From Patescibacteria group bacterium (GTDB taxonomy: Bacteria > Patescibacteriota > Microgenomatia > UBA8517): 64,000 nt of DNA. The stretch spans positions 6,571-70,570 of the forward strand of contig JBGQJK010000002.1 in assembly GCA_041499035.1 (NCBI GenBank), written 5' to 3'. The notes beneath the pieces are model-generated. The model saw only the letters and a list, made by a program, of their open reading frames with translations. It had not been told where the DNA came from and made no database searches. A program made the position numbers and the translations under genes. This document shows, piece by piece, positions 44,072 through 54,729 of the stretch (position 1 is the first letter of the stretch; each line of letters opens with the position of its first letter).

Positions 44072-45874
44072 TTATTGGGGTGCCGTACCTCTTAAATATA
44101 TTGCCTGCCAGGGTTGGTAGTTGCTTACGAAGGTTTTCTTATAAACCTGTTCACCCGCTCTAACTACGGAATAATTGAAAACCACTTTAGCTCCCCAGGC
44201 GGCGAAATCAGTTTGTTTAACAGTTCCGGTGGGGATAGTTGGGTCGTCCTGATAAAGGTCAGGTAGGGGTGGGGTAACGTTACTAATAACCGGTTTTGTA
44301 ACTACCGAAACGCGCCCGTCGCTTGTTCCGTAAAGCTCGAAGGATAAAGCAAGCTTCTTCGGGTCGTTTTTGGCTACGATTAAAATATATCCTGGAGTAT
44401 CGTTGGTGAATTTAAAATCGGGTGAAGGGGCATAAACGGTTGCGTCGATTCCGGGAGGCGAGTTTTGTTCATAATAACCGACGCGGTAAGCGTGAGCAGC
44501 CCGCTCGTTAATTGGGAGGCCGGCATTTAATGCCGCCCGGAACAAAGTTGTTGAAACCTGGCATACTCCTCCACCATCACCGAGGATTGTTTTTCCAGCC
44601 GAGATTATATAAGCCTGTTGGTAGCCAGTGAATTTAGAAACATCACCCAGGGTTTGATTAAAGGAAAAAGTATCGCCCGGTTTAACCAAAGTACCGTTTA
44701 TCCTGCTGGCTGCCAGGTTTACGTTAAAAACACGTCCGGGAATTGAGTGGAAATAAGTTGAATTACCCCGGCCAATTAATTCCTTAATCCCCAAATTGTT
44801 TACCTGGTCTATGGTAATCTCAGGTTTTATTCTCGTTACCGGAATGTCAAAAGCTAGAGTTTTACTCTCCCCGGCGCCCAGATCATCGATCTTTGCCAGA
44901 AGAAGCTCTTTCAGTTTTTCGTTGTCGAGGGTTATTCCGTCAAGCGCGGGTTGGAACTCCGTAACTTTTTTTCCGTCAAAATCAAACTTTGAATTTTGAG
45001 GATCCCTGTTTATTTGGGTAGCAATTTTATAAATAGCATTATTAACCACATTATCCGAATATCCGCCCGCAGGGTTTAGAAACGTCAGAAGATTGTTTCG
45101 GGAATAGTCAAAACTTTGTGCTTCAAAGTTCATGGATAAAGTTTTACCCAAATATTTTTCCGCTCTGTCTTTTGCAGCCAAAGCTTCTTGATCGTTTAAT
45201 GTCGGATCGACTACCGAGAGAGGAATGGTTATATCGCCTGCGGTCGCATACGCCAAGTTGTGGCCGACCAAGGCCCTAAATAATTGAACGTCGATTTGTG
45301 ATCCGAGAGTTCCGCGGTTCACCCGAATATTTTGGCCGGATACTTCAACCGTAGGATAAACAGGACTTAGAGTTACTTGGCCTGCTATAACTGATGTAAA
45401 GTTCGTAAGTTTTGTTTCGTCAAGATTTGTTATTAAGCCAATGTCTTCCCGGTTTCTTAGGAGCCCAACCCTTTTAACCGAGTCAAGGAAAAAGTTCCCG
45501 GTCCGGGTCAGGTTGAACGCCCGCTCAGCAGACTCCATAAAATCGTAATTCAAGTCGATACTCTCGGTGTTTAATTCAAAAGACGCTGAGGGCGTAATAA
45601 AATTTATTTTTGCCGGTTTAACGATCTTTTGTGAAAGAAGTTCCGTTGCCTCGGAGGGAAGTTTGCCTCCAACGTTAACCCCGCCAACAAATGTATTTGG
45701 ATAGATTTTACCCATAAAATTTATACTATAAAGTAGAAACGGGCTCAGAATAAAAATGATAATTAGAGATAAAAAAACGATAGTTGGATGGGCAATTTTG
45801 CCAACTTTTGATATCGCGCGGCTCATTCCGATATGATACCATTTAGTTATGGACGGAAACCAGAACTCATCCAA
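44072..45874 (-). CDS. VanW-family protein (N-terminal TM)
   Basis: 'GDGGGVCQVSTTLFRAALNAGLPINERAAHAYRVGYYE' matches the VanW signature. Confidence 0.65.
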   Translation of the reverse strand: MDEFWFPSITKWYHIGMSRAISKVGKIAHPTIVFLSLIIIFILSPFLLYSINFMGKIYPNTFVGGVNVGGKLPSEATELLSQKIVKPAKINFITPSASFELNTESIDLNYDFMESAERAFNLTRTGNFFLDSVKRVGLLRNREDIGLITNLDETKLTNFTSVIAGQVTLSPVYPTVEVSGQNIRVNRGTLGSQIDVQLFRALVGHNLAYATAGDITIPLSVVDPTLNDQEALAAKDRAEKYLGKTLSMNFEAQSFDYSRNNLLTFLNPAGGYSDNVVNNAIYKIATQINRDPQNSKFDFDGKKVTEFQPALDGITLDNEKLKELLLAKIDDLGAGESKTLAFDIPVTRIKPEITIDQVNNLGIKELIGRGNSTYFHSIPGRVFNVNLAASRINGTLVKPGDTFSFNQTLGDVSKFTGYQQAYIISAGKTILGDGGGVCQVSTTLFRAALNAGLPINERAAHAYRVGYYEQNSPPGIDATVYAPSPDFKFTNDTPGYILIVAKNDPKKLALSFELYGTSDGRVSVVTKPVISNVTPPLPDLYQDDPTIPTGTVKQTDFAAWGAKVVFNYSVVRAGEQVYKKTFVSNYQPWQAIYLRGTAPQ

Positions 45875-47345
45875 TACTTACACTATTCCGGCGACTCCGC
45901 AGGCCCCAAAACCGTCTGAAGTTCCATCTCCGGCACCGTCTTCATCACCAACACCTGAGCCACAAATAGCGCCGCCCGGTCAGCAAACGGCACAGACCCC
46001 AAACACAACTCCGCCGGTCGTTCCGGCCCCTCCCAATAAAGGTTTTCCTAAAGTAGCCATTTTTGCCGGGGTTGCCTTTGTTGTTTTAATTTTGATCTTT
46101 GTGGTTTTTAAGGTTTTAACTTCGTCTTCACAGTCACCAACCGGGACGATTACCTGGTGGGGCCTTTGGGAAGATCCGGTAGTTGTTAAACCACTTATCG
46201 ATAGTTATCAGTCGCAGCATAGTGGTATAAAAATAAACTATATTAAACAGTCCCCTCAGGATTATAGAGAGAGGCTTACCAGTTCGCTTGCGAAAGGCAG
46301 CGGCCCTGACATTTTTGCTTTTCATAATTCCTGGGTGCCGATGTTTCGAAGCAGCCTGGATGCACTCCCTGCGGCGGTTATGAACCCGGCTGATTTTGCA
46401 AAAACTTTTTATCCGATTGCTTCGTCAGACTTAACATCCGGTGCCAGTATAGTCGGGATACCGCTCGAGTATGATGCTCTAACACTCTATATCAACCAGG
46501 ATATATTTGATAAAGCAGGTAAAACTCCACCGACGAGTTGGGACGATTTTAGGTCTATTGCCAAATCTCTCACCGTTAAAGACGACCAGGGGGTAATTAC
46601 CCAAGCTGGAGCCGCAATGGGCCGAACAGAGAATGTAGACCATTGGCCGGAGATACTTGCGCTTTTAATGCTTCAAAACGGAGTGGATTTAGGTAGTCCC
46701 ACGGGGTCAAATGCCCAGGGTGCACTTACCTTTTTTACACTTTTCTCTACAACAGACGGTGTTTGGGATGCAACGCTTCCGAGTTCAACCCAAGCTTTTG
46801 CTGCCGGCAAGTTGGCAATGTATATTGCCCCAAGTTGGAGAGCGTTTGATATTTTGCAAATGAACCCCAATCTCAGATTTAAGACTTTTCCTATCCCGCA
46901 GCTCCCTAAAGATAGTCCAAGTCAGCCCGATATCACCTATGCAACATATTGGGCGCAGGGAGTATGGTCGGGAAGTAGTCATAAAGCTGCTGCATGGGAT
47001 TTCCTGAAGTTTCTTTCCACCCAGGACTCTTTAACTAAGCTGTACCAAAATGAAAGTAAGACCCGCAGTTTTGGGGAGCCTTACCCAAGAACTGATATGA
47101 CAAGTTTACTATCCAGTCATCCGATTGCAGGGTCAGTGATTTCTCAGGCCCCGGGTGCAACAAGCTGGTATCTTGATTCGCGTACTTTTGACGGGCCAAC
47201 GGGAATAAATTCTCAGATGATTAGTTATTTCGGGGATGCCGTCAATGCTGTCGCTAACGGGACAACAACTCCGGACAAAGCTCTGGTAACGGCGGCGCAG
47301 GGAATTCAACAGGTGTTGACTCAGTATAAGCTAATCGCACGCTAA
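45849..47345 (+). CDS. ABC transporter substrate-binding protein (family 1, sugar-type), membrane-anchored with Pro-rich linker
   Basis: Pro-rich N-terminus, TM 'VAIFAGVAFVVLILIFVVF', then the 'TITWWGLWEDP...GSGPDIFAFHNSWV' periplasmic-binding pattern. Confidence 0.6.
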   Translation: MDGNQNSSNTYTIPATPQAPKPSEVPSPAPSSSPTPEPQIAPPGQQTAQTPNTTPPVVPAPPNKGFPKVAIFAGVAFVVLILIFVVFKVLTSSSQSPTGTITWWGLWEDPVVVKPLIDSYQSQHSGIKINYIKQSPQDYRERLTSSLAKGSGPDIFAFHNSWVPMFRSSLDALPAAVMNPADFAKTFYPIASSDLTSGASIVGIPLEYDALTLYINQDIFDKAGKTPPTSWDDFRSIAKSLTVKDDQGVITQAGAAMGRTENVDHWPEILALLMLQNGVDLGSPTGSNAQGALTFFTLFSTTDGVWDATLPSSTQAFAAGKLAMYIAPSWRAFDILQMNPNLRFKTFPIPQLPKDSPSQPDITYATYWAQGVWSGSSHKAAAWDFLKFLSTQDSLTKLYQNESKTRSFGEPYPRTDMTSLLSSHPIAGSVISQAPGATSWYLDSRTFDGPTGINSQMISYFGDAVNAVANGTTTPDKALVTAAQGIQQVLTQYKLIAR

Positions 47346-47346
47346 C

Positions 47347-48210
47347 ATGCTTAACCTTTATACAGTCTCGACGAGAAACGAAAGTACAGAAGGCCGGTTT
47401 ACAGCGGGTGAAAGAATTTCGATCCTGTACCACGACCTTTTTGACTACCCGTTAAGCATGGCAGATTTGATTAAGTGGAAGGCTGGGGAGAACGTTTTAG
47501 AAATAAATGATGACCAAACCGTGACCGGTAAAAACGGCTACTTTTATTTGGAAGAGCGTGAGGGGCTAATCTATAAAAGGCTTCTCCGGAAGCGAATTTC
47601 GGTCAAAAAGATGAAAATTGCAGAAAGAGTTGCAAAGCTCATCGCATTTTTACCGGGTGTAAAAATGGTTGGGGTCACTGGGTCGCTGGCCATGGAGAAT
47701 TCCCCCGACGAAAGCGATATTGACTTGATCGTAATAACTGGTGAAGGCTTACTTTGGACAACGCGGGTGCTTGCCTATACAGTTATTCGCTTGGCAGGAA
47801 TTCATACACGTACACCCAATGATAAACACCAAAAGGACAAACTATGTCTTAATATATGGCTTGACGAAAGCGATTTGGTTTGGCCCAAGAAAGATCGTAA
47901 TTTATACACAGCCCATGAAATTGCCCAGATTATATCGATCGTTAATAAAGACAAAACTTATGAAAAGTTTTTATATAAAAATAAATGGCTCCTTAATTTC
48001 TGGCCTAATTCGGTAAAGGTAAATAGCAAGTTGGGGCATACTAACCCTGGACGGTCAGCCCTGTTTGCTGTCTTTGAAAAGTTTGCTTTTTGGATTCAAT
48101 ACAGGCATATGAAAGTAAAAATTACCCGCGAGGTAATTTCTCCAACCCGCGCCCTTTTCCATCCGCACGACTGGGGAAAGGTTGTTTTAAGCAGATTAAA
48201 GGTCCAGTAA
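47347..48210 (+). CDS. nucleotidyltransferase-domain protein
   Basis: 'GVTGSLAMENSPDESDIDLIVIT' is a Pol-beta-like NTase motif (GS...D-x-D). Confidence 0.5.
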   Translation: MLNLYTVSTRNESTEGRFTAGERISILYHDLFDYPLSMADLIKWKAGENVLEINDDQTVTGKNGYFYLEEREGLIYKRLLRKRISVKKMKIAERVAKLIAFLPGVKMVGVTGSLAMENSPDESDIDLIVITGEGLLWTTRVLAYTVIRLAGIHTRTPNDKHQKDKLCLNIWLDESDLVWPKKDRNLYTAHEIAQIISIVNKDKTYEKFLYKNKWLLNFWPNSVKVNSKLGHTNPGRSALFAVFEKFAFWIQYRHMKVKITREVISPTRALFHPHDWGKVVLSRLKVQ

Positions 48211-48483
48211 CTGGCAAAGATACTCAAAGAGAAAAAAGACGGTAGATGGGCCAGGTGTTGCTTACCGAGGGTTTAAGTAGTCTAAAATTCACAACTAATG
48301 TCATGGAAATAATGCCTATGCATTGATTAACCAATACATAGGCATTCAAAGCTAGCACCTGTTCAAATATAAGGAAACAAAAGAACAGGTTCCGACCTGA
48401 CAGGCAAAGATTCGAAACGTCCGTGGTCAACCAATCAGTAGGTCAAAGTATGTATAACTAAAAAATACATAGTTGGATTCCTC

Positions 48484-48537
48484 TTGACATTAGGCGATCG
48501 GATTCGTAGAATAGCACTCAGAGAGTTAGAATGCTAA
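48484..48537 (+). promoter_or_regulatory. groESL promoter (TTGACA-17-TAGAAT) with CIRCE-like HrcA operator
   Basis: TTGACAT 48484-48490 and TAGAAT 48506-48511; ATAGCACTC-N9-GAATGCTAA at 48511-48537 differs from CIRCE TTAGCACTC-N9-GAGTGCTAA at 2 positions. Confidence 0.6.
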
Positions 48538-48565
48538 GTGATTAGCATTATTTTTTCGCAAAAAA

Positions 48566-48859
48566 ATGGCAAAACTTAATTTAAAACCAACCGCAGGCTA
48601 TCTTCTTGTCGAGCCTCTGGAAAAAGAGGTAAAAACTGCTTCGGGCATTTACCTTCCCGATAATGCAGGCGAAAAACCCCAAAAAGGTAAAGTGTTAGCA
48701 GCGGGCGGATCAATTCCTCAAGATGGTCAAAAGGTCCCCTCACCAGCAAAAGTGGGCGACACAGTTCTTTACAAAAAATGGGGCGGTAATGAAGTAAAAG
48801 TTGACGGTAAAGAGTATCTATTTGTAAAATTTGAGGACGTTCTGGCTATCGAGGTTTAA
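48566..48859 (+). CDS. groES: co-chaperonin GroES
   Basis: 'LKPTAGYLLVEPLEKEVKTASGIYLPD...VLAAG' ~97 aa. Confidence 0.9.
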   Translation: MAKLNLKPTAGYLLVEPLEKEVKTASGIYLPDNAGEKPQKGKVLAAGGSIPQDGQKVPSPAKVGDTVLYKKWGGNEVKVDGKEYLFVKFEDVLAIEV

Positions 48860-48862
48860 GGA

Positions 48863-50506
48863 ATGGCAAAGCAGTTAAAATTCAGTAAAGATGCAAGAAA
48901 AGCCCTTTTGAAGGGTATTGATATTGTGGCCAAAGCAGTTGTTACTACGCTCGGGCCAAAGGGCAGGAACATTGCCTTGGATAAAAAATGGGGAGCTCCA
49001 AACATAGTTCACGACGGAGTTTCCGTAGCTAAAGAAATTGATCTTCCTGATCCATTCGAAAACATGGGCGCGCAACTTGTTAAAGAAGCCGCAAGTAAAA
49101 CCAATGATAATGCAGGGGATGGAACCACGACTTCTACGCTTTTAGCACAGGTTTTGACTCAAAAAGGTATGGCCAAAATTGACGCTGGAGCCAATCCGAT
49201 GATTGTCAAAAAAGGTATAGAAAAAGCGGTTGAGGCCGTTGTGGCAGAGCTCAAAAAAATGTCCAAACCAATTAAGGGCAAAGTGGAAATCGCCCAGGTT
49301 GCTACAATTTCGGCGGGCGACGTTGCAATCGGAAATAAAATTGCGGAAGCATTGGATAAGGTCGGGCGTGACGGAGTTGTAACGGTCGAAGAGGGAAAGG
49401 GTCTTACCATCGATATAGAATATAAAGAGGGAATGGAGTTTGATCGTGGCTACGCTTCAGCCTATTTTGTGACCAATGCCGACAGAATGGAAGCGGAAAT
49501 TGAGGATTCCTACATTCTTTTAACAGACAAGAAGATTTCCTCTATTCAGGATCTTCTCCCATTTCTGGAGAAATTTGTAAAAGTCAGTAAGAGCCTGGTA
49601 ATTATTGCCGATGAGATTGAGGGAGAAGCCTTGGCTACACTCGTTGTAAATAAGCTCCGCGGTACTTTCAATGTTTTGGCAATCAAAGCTCCAGGGTTTG
49701 GTGACCGGCGCAAAGAGATGCTTGAGGATATTGCAACTCTTACGGGCGGGACGGTTATAAGCGAAGATACCGGCAGGACTTTTGAATCAATTGAAGTAAC
49801 AGATCTGGGTAGGGCTGATAAAGTTTGGGCAGACAAAGACAACGCAAGGATAATTGGAGGCAAGGGGGATAAGAAGTTAATCGACAGCAGGGTGGAATCA
49901 ATAAAAAAACAGATTAAAGCTAGCGACAGCGATTTTGATAAGGAAAAGTTCGAAGAGCGATTGGCCAAGCTTTCCGGCGGGGTGGCCCAGATCAACGTTG
50001 GCGCGGCAACCGAGATTGAGCTTAATGACAAGAAGGAAAGAGTTAAAGATGCAGTCGGAGCTACCAAAGCAGCAGTTGAAGAAGGTATAGTTCCCGGAGG
50101 CGAAACTGCACTCCTCAGGTCCCGAGACGCACTCAAAAAAGTTAAAGTCGAAAAGGGGGACGAGAAAATTGGGCTGGACATTGTCTCAGAGGCTTTGGAA
50201 GAACCGATCAAATGGTTGGCTAAAAATGCTGGGGATGATGGGGCAGCCGTTCTTAAGAAAGTGTTGAGCAAAAGCGACAACGATTTTGGCTACAATGCCC
50301 TAACGGGCGAGTTCGGCTCAATGACTAAAATGGGCATAATTGACCCTGTTAAAGTTACCAGGAGCGCACTTCAAAATGCGGCCAGTGTTGCCATGATGGT
50401 ATTAACCACGGAGGGATTGGTTACGGATATCCCCGAAGAAAAGAATCCTTCGACAGGCTCAGGATCAATGCCCCCGGGTGGCGGCATGGGCGGAATGGAC
50501 TATTAG
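48863..50506 (+). CDS. groEL: chaperonin GroEL
   Basis: '[38 protein letters not shown]', 'DGTTTST', C-terminal 'GGGMGGMDY'. Confidence 0.95.
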   Translation: MAKQLKFSKDARKALLKGIDIVAKAVVTTLGPKGRNIALDKKWGAPNIVHDGVSVAKEIDLPDPFENMGAQLVKEAASKTNDNAGDGTTTSTLLAQVLTQKGMAKIDAGANPMIVKKGIEKAVEAVVAELKKMSKPIKGKVEIAQVATISAGDVAIGNKIAEALDKVGRDGVVTVEEGKGLTIDIEYKEGMEFDRGYASAYFVTNADRMEAEIEDSYILLTDKKISSIQDLLPFLEKFVKVSKSLVIIADEIEGEALATLVVNKLRGTFNVLAIKAPGFGDRRKEMLEDIATLTGGTVISEDTGRTFESIEVTDLGRADKVWADKDNARIIGGKGDKKLIDSRVESIKKQIKASDSDFDKEKFEERLAKLSGGVAQINVGAATEIELNDKKERVKDAVGATKAAVEEGIVPGGETALLRSRDALKKVKVEKGDEKIGLDIVSEALEEPIKWLAKNAGDDGAAVLKKVLSKSDNDFGYNALTGEFGSMTKMGIIDPVKVTRSALQNAASVAMMVLTTEGLVTDIPEEKNPSTGSGSMPPGGGMGGMDY

Positions 50507-50514
50507 ACTACTTC

Positions 50515-50736
50515 ATGTCAGAAAAAGGATCACAAGGGATAAAAGGTTGGTGGGATCTGTCATGCGAGGAACTTTTGGAGGCGGTATTAAATACAAAATC
50601 CTCCGATGTCAATAAAATTTCAGGGTTTGATTCACTTAAATCGAGGATAGATGAGTGTTTGGAAGCGGGGAAAATAAAGCCCGAGCAGGCTCAAAAAGCC
50701 ATTAGTCATATAGAATCCCTCAAGCCGCGAGTGTAA
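50515..50736 (+). CDS. hypothetical small protein
   Basis: ORF only. Confidence 0.25.
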   Translation: MSEKGSQGIKGWWDLSCEELLEAVLNTKSSDVNKISGFDSLKSRIDECLEAGKIKPEQAQKAISHIESLKPRV

Positions 50737-50748
50737 TATAATAGCTTC

Positions 50749-51348
50749 ATGATGTGGCAAAAGGCAGAGAAGTTTCTTCTTAAAGATAAATACATGGCAC
50801 CACTTATTAAGAAGTGGGGACATTGCACTATTGCACCAAAACTTCATATTGATTACTTTCAAGGCTTAGTAGGGGACATTATCGGTCAGCAGCTTTCAGG
50901 ACGCGTGGCAGACGTAATTGAAGGCCGCCTCAAGGCTAAAATTAAAGGCATTATGACTCCGGAAAAAATTCTCAAGTTGGATGAAAACGAATTAAGGGGC
51001 TGTGGCATGGCTTGGAGCAAAGTCCGCGCCATTAAAGACTTGGCGCTAAAGACCAAAAATGGCGAGTTGAAGGTTAAGAGCCTGGATAAACTCGGCAATG
51101 AAGAAGTCAGAAAAGAGCTGGTTGCAGTTAAGGGAATTGGTCCTTGGACTGCGGATATGTTTTTGATGTTCAAACTTGGCAGGCCCGATATTTTTCCTGT
51201 CGAGGATCTGGGTATCAAAAATGGCTTTGAAAAAGTCACCGGTAAGAAGTTTGACAAGCTTAAATCCGCCAAATTTGCAGAGAAGAATTGGAAACCGTTT
51301 AGAACAGTAGCAAGCTGGTATCTTTGGAGATCTCTCGAAAACGACTGA
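50749..51348 (+). CDS. HhH-GPD DNA glycosylase (3-methyladenine DNA glycosylase II / AlkA-like)
   Basis: HhH 'LVAVKGIGPWTADMFLMFKLGRPDIFPVED' with catalytic Asp. Confidence 0.65.
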   Translation: MMWQKAEKFLLKDKYMAPLIKKWGHCTIAPKLHIDYFQGLVGDIIGQQLSGRVADVIEGRLKAKIKGIMTPEKILKLDENELRGCGMAWSKVRAIKDLALKTKNGELKVKSLDKLGNEEVRKELVAVKGIGPWTADMFLMFKLGRPDIFPVEDLGIKNGFEKVTGKKFDKLKSAKFAEKNWKPFRTVASWYLWRSLEND

Positions 51349-52080
51349 TTACCTTGGCAGAACCGAAAGGGGGTTTACGGGGAGGCCGTTTTGGTGAATT
51401 TCCAGATGCAAATGGGGGCCGGTTGAGCGTCCTGTTACCCCAACTTGTCCAATCTCTGTATTAGTAGTAACTTCATCGCCTGTTTTTACCTCAATTTTGC
51501 TCAAATGAGCATAGCGCGAACTTAACCCCTGGCCATGGTCGATCAAAATAGTATTTCCATAGCCGTCGGTTGTGTATCCTGCCTCGATAACCTCGCCAGC
51601 TTTGACCGGCTCAACTGGGTCCCCGATTTCGGCTCCCAAGTCAACTGCCGGGTGAAAGAAACTGAACCCCTGGTTGATTTTGACGGTACCAAGGGGATAT
51701 TGAATAGATTTGACGGTATTTAGTGTATTCTGGGTTTGAATGACGGTTTCATCAGGCTGGGTATCAGCAGAGGCTGCCTGCGCGTTGCTTTGGCCGGTAG
51801 GCAAGAGCGTGCCTGCAATAACCAATGCGCTCAAGTTGGCCGCAAAGAACTTTCTGGTGCTTTTATGCTCACTTAGGTGCCTGACAATCTTACCCAACAG
51901 GCTCCCGCTTCTGTATTTCTTGTTAACCACAGAAAGAGTAGGCACAAAAGGGTCGTGCACAAGGGGCTTTCGCCTTTTAACGAGCCTCATATGAAGCTGA
52001 AGGCGGTACTTAGGCAGTTCAAGGCTAAATTTGTGCATAGTCGGGCAGTGACCAAAAAACCCGCTAGTATAGCGGGTCAA
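51349..52080 (-). CDS. M23-family peptidase
   Basis: 'GDPVEPVKAGEV...GYGNTILIDHGQGLSSRYAHL...GRSTGPHLHLEIH' is the LytM/M23 HxxxD...HLH signature. Confidence 0.75.
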   Translation of the reverse strand: MTRYTSGFFGHCPTMHKFSLELPKYRLQLHMRLVKRRKPLVHDPFVPTLSVVNKKYRSGSLLGKIVRHLSEHKSTRKFFAANLSALVIAGTLLPTGQSNAQAASADTQPDETVIQTQNTLNTVKSIQYPLGTVKINQGFSFFHPAVDLGAEIGDPVEPVKAGEVIEAGYTTDGYGNTILIDHGQGLSSRYAHLSKIEVKTGDEVTTNTEIGQVGVTGRSTGPHLHLEIHQNGLPVNPLSVLPR

Positions 52081-52131
52081 GCCGCTATTCTAGCTTAGTC
52101 TGAGCTTGAAAGTCAAGTTTCCTGAGGCTAC

Positions 52132-52521
52132 CTAAAACTGGATGTCGAAATTTAAAACTGGCGGAGTAAGACGGCTTTGATGAACATCCAAATTGTTTAT
52201 TTGATTTTTTAGATCTTCCAGTTTGGTTTGCGATTTTATTAGAACGTCAGAAGACCCGGAGGCTTTCGGGGTACTTAAGATAAAGGGACTTGGGGACGGA
52301 GTGACACGAGTAGTTTGAGTCGAGCGTATTTTTGCGGAAACAGCAGCAAGCAGAATAAGAAGAAATAGGAAACCCAGTCCTATACTTACCGGCCAAAAGA
52401 TTTTTTTGTTCGAGTAAAACTTATCCCACAAACTTTTCAATATTGGCTTGAGGTTGGTCAGCAAGGATTTCCAGTTCAAGCCGGAGGCCGGCATTTCCGG
52501 ATTTATCTTCTGTTCTGTCAT
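52132..52521 (-). CDS. hypothetical single-TM protein (possible FtsB/DivIC-like)
   Basis: TM 'IFWPVSIGLGFLFLLILLAAV' and short coiled coil; weak support. Confidence 0.3.
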   Translation of the reverse strand: MTEQKINPEMPASGLNWKSLLTNLKPILKSLWDKFYSNKKIFWPVSIGLGFLFLLILLAAVSAKIRSTQTTRVTPSPSPFILSTPKASGSSDVLIKSQTKLEDLKNQINNLDVHQSRLTPPVLNFDIQF

Positions 52522-53330
52522 TGTGTTTGGTTTTGTATCGTCGTTAGCATTTCTGTTAAGTAGTTATTTAGTTGTGTCAGAGGACTAATGGAGTTGGCAA
52601 GGGCCTGGATGGCATTATTGTAGCCTTGGCTGAGTCCGTAATCCTGAGTATAAAGTAGTTGTATCTTAGCTGCTGCAGCAGTTTCATTAGTCTGGAGCAT
52701 GGTGAGAACCGCATCTGTGTCATTAAGCCACCTGTTAAAAGGGTCAATTCTAAGTTTTCCCGCCTCTACTTGGTCGTTAATGTAATTAGTAAGATCGGAG
52801 TAGATTTGCTGGTGGGCAATCCGAAGACCAATTTCCTGGCTCAGTCCGATATCAAACAGCGACTCGTCTATAACCAGTAAAGTCGAAGCCGTATACCTGG
52901 CTTTGCTCCCATCGGACTTAACAAAAAGTGTATCCAGGGGATCGCCATCCTGATAATTCTGCATATGGTCTTTGTACCACGCCACTTCCGGATCAATTTT
53001 GCCGAAAATAGGGCCTTTTTGATTATCATCAAAGCCCGTCGTTTCGACAAATTGCATTCTTATCGCCGTTAAATAGACAATCATTAACTGATCTCTATTT
53101 TTAAGCATATTTAGAGTCGCTTTCCTTGCGTCCTCTCTGAGTTGCAGGGTGGGGTTGCCTTTGTAGAAAGTTTTGGCGTCCTGATAATCTGAATTAGCCT
53201 TCTGATATATGCTTAATTGATACTGGTAATCGGAGTATGCTTTTTGGGCGTTAAAAGTTTGGGCAAAAACCCTGGCCGGTGCCAAGGCAAATACAGAGAG
53301 GGAGATTAGTATAAGGGCAGTTTTTTTCAT
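52518..53330 (-). CDS. secreted hypothetical protein (start trimmed to 'MKKTALILISL'; the longer ORF would overlap tRNA-Cys)
   Basis: Signal peptide; Tyr/Gln/Asn-rich. Confidence 0.4.
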   Translation of the reverse strand: MKKTALILISLSVFALAPARVFAQTFNAQKAYSDYQYQLSIYQKANSDYQDAKTFYKGNPTLQLREDARKATLNMLKNRDQLMIVYLTAIRMQFVETTGFDDNQKGPIFGKIDPEVAWYKDHMQNYQDGDPLDTLFVKSDGSKARYTASTLLVIDESLFDIGLSQEIGLRIAHQQIYSDLTNYINDQVEAGKLRIDPFNRWLNDTDAVLTMLQTNETAAAAKIQLLYTQDYGLSQGYNNAIQALANSISPLTQLNNYLTEMLTTIQNQTQ

Positions 53331-53337
53331 TTTTGGG

Positions 53338-53410
53338 AGGCCACGACCAGAATCGAACTGGTGCGATAGCTGTTTTGCAGACAGCCGTGTTTCCACTTCA
53401 CCACGTGGCC
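53338..53410 (-). tRNA. tRNA-Cys (anticodon GCA)
   Basis: RC: acceptor GGCCACG/CGTGGCC, anticodon arm GCTGT-CTGCAAA-ACAGC, T-loop TTCGATT. Confidence 0.75.
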
Positions 53411-53494
53411 CTGTAGCAGTATTCTATCATTTGGGCCACCAAATGGCCAAGCTATTTGGTCTCTATAAAATATGATACACTCGAGGCTACTTAA

Positions 53495-54379
53495 ATGAAA
53501 ACCCTAAAAGTTATCTTCGTGGTACTGGTTACTCTCGCCGTAGTTTTGGCTACAGGATTTTTCCTGATAGGCTATTTTAAGCCAAAACCTGGCGGGCTTA
53601 TGGTCGACACAACCCCGAGCTCGAGCGTTTATATTAACGGCAATTTTGCCGGCAAAACACCTTACAAGGGCACTTACGCTGCGGGACAAGTGAGTGTTAA
53701 GCTTGTACCTGATCTTTCCGGTCAAAACCTTGTTCCCTACGAAACAAAAGTGAGTCTGGATGCAGGCATTCAGACAGTAATACAGCGTGAATTTGGAGCA
53801 ACCGAAGACCTGTCTTCCGAGGACGTTATATCTTTTGACAAAACCGGCGGGAGTTTTGCAAGTCTTGTGGTTATTTCTACACCGGACAACTCACAGGTAT
53901 TAATTGACGGATTGGCCCAGGGTTTTTCGCCATATAACACCGACTCCACAGCCGCCGGGTCACACCAAATTATGGTTAGAGCACAGGGTTTTGCCGACAA
54001 AACCATGAATGTAAAAACTCAGATCGGCTATCGTTTGACTGTTTTTGCAAAGCTAGCAAAGTCCCAGGACGCGCTTCCGTCCCCGAGCCCTTCGCCAACC
54101 CCTGCTTCCTCCGTAAAAACCTATGTTTTGATAGGCAACACCCCCACGGGATTTTTGAGGATGAGAACTGAGCCTGCCACAAAAGGAGAAGAGATAGCGG
54201 AACTAAAACCCGGGCAGAAATATTTGTATTTGGATACGGATGCAGCTAGCGGTTGGTACAAAATTCAATATCAAGATCCAGCCCCCGGATTGCCCAATGG
54301 AATTACGGGTTGGATTTCCAACCAATATGCCTCCCTGGCTACTCAAAGCGCCACTCTAGCCACCCCAACACCCAAATAA
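53495..54379 (+). CDS. secreted protein with two PEGA-like domains and C-terminal SH3b-like domain
   Basis: 'TTPSSSVYINGNFAGKTPY' and 'STPDNSQVLIDGLAQGFSPY' are PEGA-like; C-terminal 'KPGQKYLYLDTDAASGWYKIQY' is SH3b-like. Confidence 0.45.
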   Translation: MKTLKVIFVVLVTLAVVLATGFFLIGYFKPKPGGLMVDTTPSSSVYINGNFAGKTPYKGTYAAGQVSVKLVPDLSGQNLVPYETKVSLDAGIQTVIQREFGATEDLSSEDVISFDKTGGSFASLVVISTPDNSQVLIDGLAQGFSPYNTDSTAAGSHQIMVRAQGFADKTMNVKTQIGYRLTVFAKLAKSQDALPSPSPSPTPASSVKTYVLIGNTPTGFLRMRTEPATKGEEIAELKPGQKYLYLDTDAASGWYKIQYQDPAPGLPNGITGWISNQYASLATQSATLATPTPK

Positions 54380-54729
54380 GTTTGACATTTATTATCTTAT
54401 AGTACATAATCATCGCATTATGGTGGATAAACTTTGTGGAAACTGTAAATTATGCGATTTTTCAAGCGATGCAGCTAAAGCCAAGGCTCTAGACGTCGGG
54501 GGAAACATGTTAGTAAGAGCTGCAACTCAGCTTTCGAATAACTCCGAGATTTTGAAAACAGACGATATGGGCAAAAGGTTAGAAAGACTTCAGGAGTCTT
54601 TGGACGACGCAACTGATACACTTTTGGATGCCTTGTATCCGAGGGGTATAAAACAATGTAGTGGAATGGAAGGAGTGGTAACAAGTTCGAATGAAAGCTG
54701 TACAAATCCGATGTATTATACTCCACTCA

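Noticed and set aside
49546-50280. 244-aa Ser/Leu/Ala-rich minus-strand ORF inside groEL
   Set aside because: Antisense to GroEL; classic shadow ORF.
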